Assembly: GCF_026571515.1 (NCBI RefSeq)
Contig: NW_026858980.1
Location: 1-56,789 of the forward strand
Source: Ruditapes philippinarum
Lineage: Eukaryota
Direction of reading: 5' to 3'
DNA: 56,789 bases
Shown here: positions 38,901 to 50,907 of the stretch, one piece after another
Layout of the letters: every line of letters starts with the position of its first letter
Numbering within the stretch: the first letter of the stretch is position 1
Made by a program: the position numbers and the translations under genes
Notes under the pieces: generated by a model
The model's input: only the letters and a program-made list of their open reading frames with translations
What the model was told of the DNA's origin: nothing
Databases searched by the model: none

Positions 38901-41900
38901 TAACAAGTCGAACATTGTTTATAAATGTTTACCTAATTAACGTATTGATTGACTTATGTCCAAAATGAGTGAATCTTCCATTATTTATAAAATATTCGAA
39001 CAGTGTATTAAATTCATTGTGACTTTAGATGTAAATGAAAAGTGTTCAGTATAAAAACATTATCGTTGCAATATTGTTTTACAACATCGAAAAAAATAGC
39101 AAACAGCGGTAGAACTATTTCGAGAATGGTCCAATAACCAACCTGGGAGGATATCTGGATCGACCAGGCTGAAAACGTTTTCACTATAGTGGTGTATTAC
39201 TGAGTAAACCTCACTATGTGTTTTTATCACAGACTCCAGTTTTTTGGCTGGTAAATATCCGCTAATTTAACTTTGTTAAATATCGACTTTTGGATATAAG
39301 GCTCAAGAAAACATGACATGGAGATATCATACTTTTAATCTATTTGACTTAAGATATGCACATGCCTTTGTAAAAATCAGTTACTGCCTTGTTCAAACCT
39401 TATACGTTTATCTCGACATTTCGTTATCTCGATATTTTTTGGACGGTCCCGATGACTTCGAGATAACGAGAGTCGACTGTATGTTACTTTAATTATATAC
39501 ATGTTATATATACATATAATATCATATGATATATTAAATTATTGACAATTTTGTAGTTATAGAGTTTCAGAAAATACACATTTGAGTATATTTATAATGA
39601 TGTTTATAATGTAAGAACAGTATATTATAAACCATTACCCTGTCTCATTTATGTGATTGACTAGTCCTTCTTTCAGTTTAGAAATGCCCATTGTTAATGA
39701 GAGGGAATTTTGATATCAAATTCTAGAATTCAGCAGTAAAGAAAAAAGAGTCTGATGAGACTACATTGATATGCAGGCTTACCTGGCTTGTATGGGTTGC
39801 TTAGGTCTGTAATCAATGCCACTGGATAGTAAGATTGCTTAACTTTAACTACTGATGTGCAGAGGTTGTTGTTGAGGACATTTTGATGTGATATATCTAA
39901 AATAAGGAGGAATGTATTTGTCAATTATGTATTTGTTTTGTCTCAACAGAGGACAGAAGAATCACCAGTGTTCAGAATGTGGTAAAGTGTTTTCAAAAGC
40001 TCAACATTTAGATAAGCATGTGATGACGCACAAGGAGATCAAACCATTTACCTGTAGTGTCTGTAATAAAAGTTTTATTACAGCTGGTAACCTCAAAAAT
40101 CATTCCAGAACTCATTCAGGTATTTTAAGCATTGTTTAATTGTAGCATAGCCACCACTATTAAGTAACATATGATTTTTAAAGGCACATTATGCCTCTGA
40201 AATGAATAAATTTTTCCTTCTTTAGAAAGGGCCAATATGAGTTTTATAACGTTTAAATAATGGTTTTTGAGCATGATACAATGTAATTTCTTATTCCATG
40301 GAAAAAGTGTGGAAAGACATGGGAATATTTGTTATAAAAATAGAAAAAATGTAAACAAAGTACTAATTTGACTTCCATTCAAAATACTAAATCACTGTAA
40401 TTGTACTATTTTCAAAAAGGTTAAATGGCCAAAAGATGGTTCAGGAAAATGGCCAATAAGTAACCATTTAGAAACTATAACAGAACATCAGAAATAGAAA
40501 GCTTTATAGAAATAAAAATAAATGTATTTCTGGGGGATTATATAATGGACTGTTAAAAGAAATTGTATGCAGTTTAATGCCAATCTTTTGTTTTTATATG
40601 CCCGAAAGGGCATATTATGTTATACCCCCTGGCGTCCATCCGTCCGTCCGTCCGTTAGCAATTTGTCCGTTAGCAATTTGGTTTCCGGAGCATAACTTAA
40701 GTTCCATTTGGCCCCCAATGTTCAAACTTCATAGGATGATTGTCCATATTGGGTAGATGACCCCTATTGATTTTGGGGTCAAAAGGTCAAAGGTCAAGGT
40801 CACTATTACCTTGATACTGAAAACAGTTTCCGTCCGTTAGCAATTTGGTTTCCGGAGCATAACTTAAGTTCCATCTGGCCCACAATGTTCAAACTTCATA
40901 GGATGATTGTCCATATTGGGTAGAAGACCCCTATTGATTTTGGGGTCAAAAGGTCAAAGGTCAAGGTCACTATTACCTTAAAACTGAAAACAATTTCCGG
41001 AGCATAACTTAAGTTCCATTTGACCCACAATTATCAAACTTCATAGGATGATTGTCCATATTGGGTAGAAGACCCCTATTGATTTTGGGGTCAAAAGGTC
41101 AAAGGTCAAAGTCACTATTACCTTGATACTGAAAACAGTTTCCGTCCGTTAGCAATTTGTCCGTTAGCAATTTGGTTTCCGGAGCATAACTTAAGTTCCA
41201 TTTGGCCCACAATGTTCAAACTTCATAGGATGATTGTCCATATTGGGTAGAAGACCCCTATTGATTTTGGGGTCACAAGGTCAAAGGTCAAGGTCACTAT
41301 TACCTTAAAACTAAAACAGTTTCCGTCTGTTAGCAATTTGGTTTCCGGAGCATAACTTAAGTTCCATCTGGCCCACAATGTTCAAACTTCATAGGATGAT
41401 TGTCCATATTGGGTAGAAGACCCCTATTGATTTTGGGGTCAAAAGGTCAAAGGTCAAGGTCACTATTACCTTAAAACTGAAAACAATTTCCGGAGCATAA
41501 CTTAAGTTCCATTTGACCCACAATTATCAAACTTCATAGGATGATTGTCCATATTAGGTAGAAGACCCCTATTGATTTTGGGGTCAAAAGGTCAAAGGTC
41601 AAGGTCACTATTACCTTGATACTGAAAACAGTTTCCGTCCGTTAGCAATTTGTCCGTTAGCAATTTGGTTTCCGGAGCATAACTTAAGTTCCATTTTGCC
41701 CACAATGTTCAAACTTCATAGGATGATTGTCCATATTGGGTAGAAGACCCCTATTGATTTTGGGGTCACAAGGTCAAAGGTCAAGGTCACTATTACCTTA
41801 AAACTGAAAACAGTTTCTGGAGCATAACTTAAGTTCCATTTGACCCACAATGTTCAAACTTCATAGGATCATTGTCCATGTTGGGTAGAAGACCCCTATT

Positions 41901-44170
41901 GATTTTGGGGTCACAAGGTCAAAGGTCAAGGTCACTATTACCTTGATACTGAAAACAGTTTCCGGAGCATAACTTAAGTCCATTTGACCCACAATGTTCA
42001 AACTTCATAGGATGATTGTTCATATTAGGTAGAAGACCCCTATTGATTTTGGGGTCACAAGGTCAAAGGTCAAGGTCACTATTACCTTGATACAGAAAAC
42101 AGTTTCCGGAGCATAACTTAAGTTCCATTTGACCCACAATGTTCAAACTTCATAAGTTGATTGTCCATATTAAGTAGAAGACCCCTATTGATTTTGGGGT
42201 CAAAAGGTCAAAGGTCAAGGTCACTATTACCTTGATACTGAAAACAGTTTCCGGAGCATAACTTAAATTCCATTTGACCCACATATTCAAACTTCATAGG
42301 ATGATTGTCCATATAAGGTAGAAGACCCCTATTGATTTTAGGGTCACAAGGTCAAAGGTTAAGGTCAGCATATTCCCATGTCTAATGAATGCTTCATCCT
42401 TACTAAAAAAAAAAACACTTTCGGGCATATAATGCTCCGCCTAGCGGTGCTCTTGTTAAAATTTGTTGTCAGTAAAATATTCTGAAGTTTCAGTGAAATT
42501 CTTTATAGATAAATGGCATGTGTACATTACTTTTTGTCTATGATACATCTGTAGGCTTGTATTTAAAAAAAAATACCAATTAATGTTTTAAACTTATGAA
42601 CATAAGCATGACAGTGGATTGTTAAGGTTAACATTATCTTAAATTTTAAAGAAGTTCATATATATTTATCAATTAATCTATTTACATTGTACATGTAAAG
42701 AGACTTTGTTTGTTTATCGTGAAATATGATGAGAAAAAAAACTTGCTAAAAATATGTGAGCTGCGTCACGACAAAACCAACATAGTGCGTTTGCGACCAG
42801 CATGGATCCAGACCAGCCTGCGCATCCGCGCAGTCTGATCAGGATCCATGCTGTTCGCTAACCAACTCTATTACAAGTAAAGAAACTGATAGTGAACAGC
42901 ATGGATCCTGATCAGACTGCGCGGGCTGGTCTGGATCCATGCTGGTCGCAAACGCACTATGTTGGTTTTGTCATGACGCGGCTCATGTGTATATTACTGT
43001 TCTGTTTCAGGAGAGCGACCATATGCTTGTGATGTAAAGGATTGTACAAAAACATTTGCAGAGCTGTCAAGTCTTAAGAAGCACAAAGTTATACATACAG
43101 GTAACGAATACACACACACAAATATAGATATTCTTTTGTCAAGAAATAAAGATAGATAAATGAATGAGATTTCATGTGTTCTGGTAACTATATAGGAGGA
43201 GTAGAACTTGTACTAGCTCAGGTCATTATAAACAGAGGAATGATTTCATGCCAAAAAATATCTTTGCATGTATTTTGTACAAGGCTTATCATATAAAATT
43301 AAATTATATATGATAACAGAGTAACCTTTTGTTTGTGAATTTTACTTGTGAAGATCAGTGTCTCTTCTAGGATTAAAAAACGGGGGATTTTTATCGAAAA
43401 GCGAGAATTTATTACATTTGTTGATCTTTTTTCATCCTTTCTCTATGTTAAATTTTTCCCCTGCGTCTTAAAAAAAGTAGTAAGTGTAGAAGGATTTATT
43501 TTTGATTAACAATGAAGAATGGTTATCTTATTTCACATTTCATTAGAAAAACCTGTTATATTATTTGGTCTTTAAGTCAATGTCACATTTACATACAATA
43601 TGACCTAGTGTGAGAAAGCTATCCAGTTAGCTTATAGAAGGTTGTTGGTTCTACTTAGGTGCCAACTTATGCCAGAAATACTGCATGAAGGGACACCTGA
43701 AGACTTTCTCCACCAGTAAAGCTGAAAGGTTTAAAGTCGCTACACGACTTTAAAAGTGTTGATGTGACTTAAAAATTAACAAAAACACAGTCTCCATAAA
43801 GGGATTGCTAATGTGATGGATTAAATGTAGGAGAGTGATGGACTGCTGTACCATCATAAGTGAAAGATTACTAATTTCAATTTGTTTAACCAGTATTTTC
43901 TTTATCTTTTCAGAATAAAAACTCATCTGCTATGATATATTTTAGACAATATGTATAGTTCGTGTTTCAGAATTTAGAAACAAAAAGCTTTTTTGTCTAT
44001 TTTCTCCAAAATCATCAATTTCAAACTGAATGCTATATTTGGCTACCATCTATATTTTTGTATATATTATTTCAGGTGAGAAGAGCTTCAGATGTGATTT
44101 GTGTGGAAAAAGTTTTACACAGGCCAGTAGCCGGAATTATCACATGAAAAAACATAAAGAGAAAACATAA
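35913..44170 (+). CDS. C2H2 zinc-finger protein with six fingers and a long low-complexity acidic/Ser/Asn N-terminus. Exons 35913-35976, 36607-37689, 38203-38368, 39950-40119, 43011-43100, 44076-44170
   Basis: Consistent intron phases (1,1,2,1,1). Fingers CVMC..H, CPVPDC..H, CSEC..H, CSVC..H, CDVKDC..H, CDLC..H; linkers SGERPY and TGEKSF formed across junctions. First exon is less certain. Confidence 0.88.
38601..39479. mobile_element. Tc1/mariner-type MITE
   Basis: TA|CAGTCAACTATCGTTATCTCGA ... TCGAGATAACGAGAGTCGACTG|TA; subterminal TATCTCGA repeats. Confidence 0.88.
40591..42457 (+). mobile_element. HINE-like element with 11 tandem repeats of ~145-180 bp, in a zinc-finger gene intron
   Basis: TTTTTATATGCCCGAA start, (TCCG)n, array, inverted TTCGGGCATATAA, hairpin CCGC..GCGG, terminal TCTTGTT. 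Confidence 0.9.
42757..42986. mobile_element. Palindromic MITE, same family as 20120
   Basis: Close match to 20120-20362; self-complementary. Confidence 0.9.
43600..43775 (+). mobile_element. Degenerate SINE body
   Basis: aagctatccagttagctta..ggtgcc..cacctga..ctccacca..gtcgc; inverted relative at 53950-54130; resembles mollusc tRNA-derived SINEs (family from memory, unverified). Confidence 0.6.
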
Positions 44171-44433
44171 TTGACAGTGATTATATATCCAATTTGTTAA
44201 AGTGTTATTTTTTTATATCACATGTATTGTACTCTTAAAGCTGGCTTTAACTTGGGCATTCTCTATACCAAATATGCAGAGAGGGTTGTTATCTTCTAAT
44301 AAGAAATTTTCCAAAGTAGTAAGTTTATTCTTGAATATTTCATTTGAAGAACCTGTTAACCAAATACACATTCTCATTTTCCACTGTCAAGTTGATCAGA
44401 GTCAGCTATTTATTTCAAAAGGTTGATTAATAT

Positions 44434-46667
44434 TATTATGCCCCCATTTCGAAGAAAAGGGGGTATATTGCTTTGCACTTGTCGGTCCGTCGGTCCGTCG
44501 GTCCGTTGGTCCGTCGGTCCGTCGGTCCGTAGACCAAATGGTTTCCGAGTGATAACTAAAGAACCCTTAGGCCCAGGAACTTCAAACTTGGTATGGTGAT
44601 TGGTCATGACCAGTAGATGACCCCTATTGATTTTGGGGTCAAGGGGTCAAAGGTCAAGGTCACATTGACCTTGTAAGCAAAAATGGTTTCCGATCAATAA
44701 CTACAGAACCTTAAGGCCTAGGAACTTCAAACTTGGTATGGTGATTGGTCATGATCAGTAGATGACCCCTTTTGATTTTGGAGTCAAGGGGTCAAAGGTC
44801 AAGGTCACATTGACCTTGTGAGCAAAAACGGTTTCCGATCAATAACTAAAGAACCTTAAGGCCTAGAAACTTCAAACTTGGTATGGTGATTGGTCATGAT
44901 CAGTAGATGACCCCTATTGATTTTGGGGTCAAGGGGTCAAAGGTCAAGGTCACATTGACCTCGTGAGCAAAAACGGTTTCCGATCAATAACTAAAGAACC
45001 TTAAGGCCTAGGAACTTCAAACTTGGTATGGTGATTGGTCATGATCAGTAGATGACCCCTATTGATTTTTGGGTCAAGAGGTCAAAGGTCAAGGTCTCAT
45101 TGACCTTGTAAGCAAAAACAGTTTCTGATCAATAACTAAAGAACTTTAAGGCCTAGGAACTTCAAACTTGGTATGGTGATTGGTCATGATCAGTAGATGA
45201 CCCCTATTGATTTTGGGGTCAAGAGGTCAAAGGTCAAGGTCACATTGACCTCTTGGGTAAAAACGGTTTTTGATCAATAACAAAAGAACCCTTAGGCCTA
45301 GGAACTTCAAACTTGGTATGGTGATTGGTTATGACCAGCAGATGACCCCTATTGATTTCGGGGTTAAGGCGTCAAAGGTCAAGGTCACATTGACCTTGTA
45401 GGTAAAAACGGTTTCCGATCAATAACGAAAAACCCTTAGGCCTAGGGACTTCAAACTTGATATGGTGATTGGTCATGATCAGTAGATGACCCCTATTGAT
45501 TTTGGGGTCAAAGGGGTTGAAGGTCAAGGTCACATTGACCTCTTGAGTAAAAAACGGTTTCGGATCAATAACTAAAGAACCTTAGGCCTAGGAACTTCAA
45601 ACTTGGTATGGTGATTGGTCATGACCAGCAGATGACCCCTATTGATATTGGGGTTAAGGGGTCAAAGGGCAGGGTCACATTGACCTTGTAGGTAAAAATG
45701 CTTTCCAATCAATAACTTTAAGAACCCTTAGGCCTAGGAACTTCAAACTTTGTATGGTGATTGGTCATGACCAGCAGATGACCTGTTGATATTGGGGTCA
45801 AGGGTCAAAGGTCAAGGTCACATTTGACCTTGTAGGTAAAAACGGTTTCCGATCAATTAACTAAAAACGCTTAGGGCCTAGGAACTTCAAACTTTGTATG
45901 ATGATTGGTCGTGACCAGCAGATGACCCCTATTGAGTTTTGGTTCAAGGGGTAAAAGGTCAAGGTCACATTGACCTTGTAAGTAAAAACGGTTTCTGATC
46001 AATAACTTAAGAACACCTAGGCCTAGGAACTTCAAACTATGTATGGTGATTTGCCATGAACCAGCAGATTACCCCTATTGATTTTGGGATCAAGGGGTCA
46101 AAGGTCAAGGTCACATTGACATTGTAAGTAAAAACGGTTTCTGATCAATAACTAAAGTACGCTTCGGCCTACGAACTTAATACTTGGCATGATGATTGGT
46201 CATGACCAACAGATGACCCCTTTTGATTTTGGGGTCAAAGGTCAAGGTCACATTGATCTTGTATGTTAAAACAGTTTCCGATCAATAACTAAAGAACCCT
46301 TAGGCCTAGGAACTTCAAACTTGGTATGGTGATTGGTCATGACCAGCAGATGACCTATTGATTTTGGGGTCAAGGGGTCAAAGGTCAAGGTCTCGTTGAC
46401 TTTGTAGGTAAAAAAGGTTTCCAATCAATTAACTGGAAATGCTTAGGCCTAGGAACTTCAAACTTTGTATGATGATTGGTTCTGACCAGCAGATGACCCC
46501 TATTGAGTTTTGGGTCAAGGGGTCAAAGGTTAAGGTCATGACCACTAGATACTTGATAACCCTTATTAATTGTTTGATCACTGGGTCAGAAGTCATGCAT
46601 AATAACCTTATCACATGACTAATTGGCTGCTGATAGGGGGCATACATGTTTTACAAACATATCTTGT
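44434..46667 (+). mobile_element. HINE-like element with 14 tandem ~145-bp repeats, downstream of the zinc-finger stop codon
   Basis: TATTATGCCCCC start, (GTCGGTCC)n, array 44540-46540, inverted GGGGGCATA, hairpin ATGTTT..AAACAT, terminal TCTTGTT. Confidence 0.9.
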
Positions 46668-49321
46668 TGTGTTTCAAACTGCCTAAAGTATATATAATAT
46701 AGACTGTCCCACTCTTTTTGTCAACTGAATATTACTGATAAATTGCGAAGGATATTTATAGAAATTCCAATGGGTCATATGGGTTATTGATTATTCATGT
46801 GAAGTAGATGAGGAAATTGAAAACAATGTTGTTTGTGTAACACTTGGTTAAGGTATTATATAAATCTTAAATGCTGATTTAACACTTTAAACATGAATTA
46901 AGGATGATTAATCTAGGTCACTGTCAGAGGGTCATATATATGATTTTGACTGAATTATATCTATGATAAAGTTTTGCATGCAAAATATCCGCAAACACTG
47001 AAGGTGTTCAGTCTTTTTATGTATTTAGTGTTATAGTTGTGTAAATGTCCGTGGCCCATATTTCAGTTATTAATTTTGACTTAATAACATCCCTTTGTAA
47101 ATGTGTGGTTAAGATATTTTACATGTTGAATCTCCACTTCAACTGAAGTTACTTGAAACTTCAAACATGTGTTGGGATCATCATTGCAGACCACTAAGTT
47201 TATACAATGTACTGCATTATTTCCTACTTTGAACCAATAAGTTATTCCATTGAAACTTGATAGATAATTGTATTGCATAGACCTTTAGACACAACTCTAA
47301 CAATGGTTATCACTGAATGACTTAAAACATTCTACCCTTGCTTTACTAACAAGGTCAAGGTCATAGAAAAGTATTTAGGCATCTTGTCAAATGGATAGCT
47401 CTTGTTTTATTTACTTTTCTGTAATTTGAAATATTCTAGTCATTTAAAAAGTTTGCTATTGTATATTTTTGTAACACATTGTAAAATATCAAAACAAAAG
47501 TGCAGCTGTCATTGGCAGATATAATTTTACTTCTGTTGGTGATACTATTGTGTACCAATGTGTAGGTTGTAGATTAATGTTTATTAGTATATATACATGT
47601 AATTTAGTATTCCAAATGTACAAGTGAAAATAATCAATTAACAAAACCTTTGTAGAATAATTTTAACACCATTTTATACATGCTATATTCTCAATATACC
47701 TGAAACCAGTATTTTTTTTCGTTAAGTTTTCATATACTTTTTTGTTCAATAAATTTTAAGTATTATTTCATGTTATTATGCTGTCGTAACTCGTTACTGT
47801 GATGCATATAGTTGACACATTGTCCGTTCAGCAACTAGATTAGGGTTTGGGTTTAAAGTTAAAAGCTATAGATTTATTCTGTAAGAGTAGCATAAAGAGG
47901 GGTCACGGCACTCTGACCTACAAATTAAACAATTTAATAAATGGCCTAATAATCCATTTTGGCTGAATGTCTGTCCTTCCGTCTGTTTGCACCCACAACT
48001 GGATACTTCAGTGGATGGGAACTACAGGTAGCAGTGTTATCAGTGTGATACTATTCATTTAGTTAGGACTTTGACTTAAATCTTGTAAGTGGCTAAAAAC
48101 AGCAATCGAGAGAGCGAAAGGTAGACTCAAAAGCTTGTTTGGCCAATAACAAGCACTGGCCTACAGTCCTTAGAATTTGATGTAGAGGTTTGTTATGAGT
48201 GGAAGATTGTGGTCATTGATTTTATGTTCATTAGTTCAAGGAAATACTTGATTCTCAAGACCAATAGATTTATATTCTAGGGTTGTGACACTTAATATAT
48301 ATTTTATTCTTGACTTCTACAACACGTACTAGTATCTAGTTTTCCCCCTTTAATGCCATTTCGTTCACAAACTGGAATTCATCACAACTTTTTATCTAAG
48401 AGGTGGGTGTGCATATTGGTCAGAGATGTTTACAAAATTGTGCTCCTTTAATGCTTCTTTTACATATAAACAGCATATGTGTGTGCATGAAGCACAACTC
48501 AAAAGCTATTCAAGGAAGTGTTCACAAATATAGAATACACAGAGTCGATTTGCAACGTGCAAGAAAAATAACTATTTTCCTTTCTGAATTATCTCCTGTC
48601 GAAAATAATACACTTTTTCCGGATATGACCTTAACACCGAAAGACCAACGTGTCAGTGCTCTTCACTGTGCATGTAAAAAGATCCAGGGTCGCTTCTGAA
48701 AAGGGTATCTGTTGAATTCAAACCAATTTCGAAAAAAAGTTTTTCAGGGGCTTCTCATATACATTAATACATGTATGTGCAACAGAAATGCGAAAAAAGT
48801 ACACAAAAAACCTAATATATGTCGTATATATATTGCACAGATTTATAGATTACAAATCAAAACTTCATTAGCATTAAATGTATCTATAATTATTTTTCAC
48901 ATTATTTGCTGTATAGTATGAAAATGTTCATTATTAAACACATATTAAAATACAACAAATGTATAAGAGATTTTTGGTGCTTTCCCTAATAATGACACAC
49001 ATTCTAAATTGATCAACCATGATATGTTGCTCCTTTCCACATCACCTTCCTCACACAGTCTTCATAGTCACATAAACCTTCGTTTAATAATCCATTGTTT
49101 ACAACGATACCCTTGCTATAAGGTGTTAACAGGTAAGATTCATAATTATAATTTACAAGAACATTGATTTACAATAACAATACCTAAACAGAATAAATTA
49201 ACATCAAATACAATAACATATATATCTTTTTACTTGTAAAATAAAACTGTGGGTCTCTCAGTTTCTGTCGGTTTAGTTTAAGATCACATCATTAATGTTA
49301 TGTCAGCTAATCAAATGAATA

Positions 49322-50907
49322 TCAATATTTTACAAAGAATTTTGACACGGGCTTTGGTGGTCCATTTGGTGTCCCGTCCTTAAAGTCGTAAGGAATCACT
49401 CCAGAAAGGAGTTGACTCTGTTCTGTTTGGGCCACATCGGGAAACGTTCTAGGATGAGCTTTACTGGCTGCTGACTCCTTCATCAACTCGGAACCTTCAG
49501 AAGACCAGTGGTTGGTCATCTTTATTCCTTCGTAAGCCTCTCTTTTAATAGCTATATCTGCGGGAGATGCCCATTTTGCAGGAGTCATTGATACAAATAC
49601 AACATATCTCCAACGTCCAGGGTTAGCCCTGCCTTCTTTGGGTTGGGCATTAGCATGAACAACGCGCGAGTCCCACAACACCATCCCTCCCTTAGGAACA
49701 GGTACTCTTTTAATTCTACAACCATTTTGTTCAAAATAATTGACATGGGATTTAGACAGTCTAAAAAACTGGATTTGGTTTGATTTTTTGGCTGCACTAT
49801 CAAACTTTCCGAAAAATTTGTGAAAAACCCTGTGTGATTTTGCCATCACTTGAAGAGTCCAGTCATCTTCACACGCCTCTTCAAGGTAAACACCGCCTTG
49901 ATATGCATGCAGACCTTCACGACACGCCTCTTGATCTAAATGTAGCCAATGAGAGCTCCCGTCATCATAGGGTTCTTCTCCATCTTCAGGAGGGCGACCA
50001 ATAGCAATCGAATCGAAACTGGTCAGCAGTTTTTCTGTTTTCCAAAGTTGTTCAAATACAGACTTTGCTTTCAGCCGAACATTCCATGTCGTTTCTAAAT
50101 GACCTATTGAAGAACAAATGAATAACAAAATTAGCCCAAATTATGAATCGTTCTTTATTAAAATCAAATTACTTTTTGTATGTTTCAATCGATTTTGTGC
50201 AAGTAAAGCTTGTGATACTTAAATAATATTTGAGTAAGTTATCTGTTAAATAATGAATATCAGTAAATTTATCTGTGGGTAATTATATCGGAATCTTCTT
50301 GATAGGTGCACAATTTGATGGTGGTGGTGGTGGTAGTTTCACTCCGGATCACGGCAATAAGCCACAGTGAATTTACCAGAGCGGAATTAAACCCCGCATC
50401 GTTCCTGGGCATGCTGTCAAGCAGTTTACCAGTACTAGTTACTTTCACTTTCGCCAGGAACTGATAACTTCTGTACATGCCAGAGCAGAGGTACAGTGCG
50501 ATGACCGTAGAAAGGATTTTATAATCAATCACAACAAAAGTGGCCTGCGCCGTCCGGGAATCAAACCCGGGTCGTATAACATTATTGAAAGTTTTAAGGA
50601 ATAGGAATTTGGCCGTACATTTGATTACACTTAAGTCTTGAGAATTGTTGTTGCGATGATGCCATATGTATGTTTTCCTTCTTTTCTGTATTCAGTCCAA
50701 CGCTCTACCTATCACAATTTGAAGTATCTCACCTGTATTATATCCTCTAATGAGGCCCTTAGATGAGTTAGGCCATCCCCCGCCAAACTGTTTTAACCAC
50801 TGGTTATATTCATCAATGTATTTGTCACATTCTGCTGGTGGAATAACGCCTGGAACAACAGTGTAGCCAACTTCTTCTAACTCAGATAAATTCTGATCTG
50901 AAATCAT
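49322..50907 (-). CDS. PhyH-like Fe(II)/2-oxoglutarate dioxygenase. Coding exons 50907-50733 and 50103-49322 (~318 aa)
   Basis: Phase-1 GT-AG join; GYTVVPGV N-terminal strand, HLDQ (HxD), KGGMVLWDSRVVHAN (distal His), RYVVFVSM; acceptor just upstream of the ATG (50915-50917) implies a non-coding first exon. Confidence 0.85.
50318..50576 (-). mobile_element. 5'-truncated tRNA-derived SINE (Meta/MESC-domain-like) in the dioxygenase intron
   Basis: B-box GGTTTGATTCCCGG, core TTTCTACGGTCAT..TCAGTTCCTGGCGAAAG..TACTGGTAAAC, (ACC)n tail. Confidence 0.7.

Noticed and set aside
40660-46540. Regular repeat arrays as CRISPR-like loci (also 6870-7150 and 11393-12400)
   Set aside because: Units are tandem copies without unique spacers, there are no cas genes, and the context is eukaryotic TE interiors
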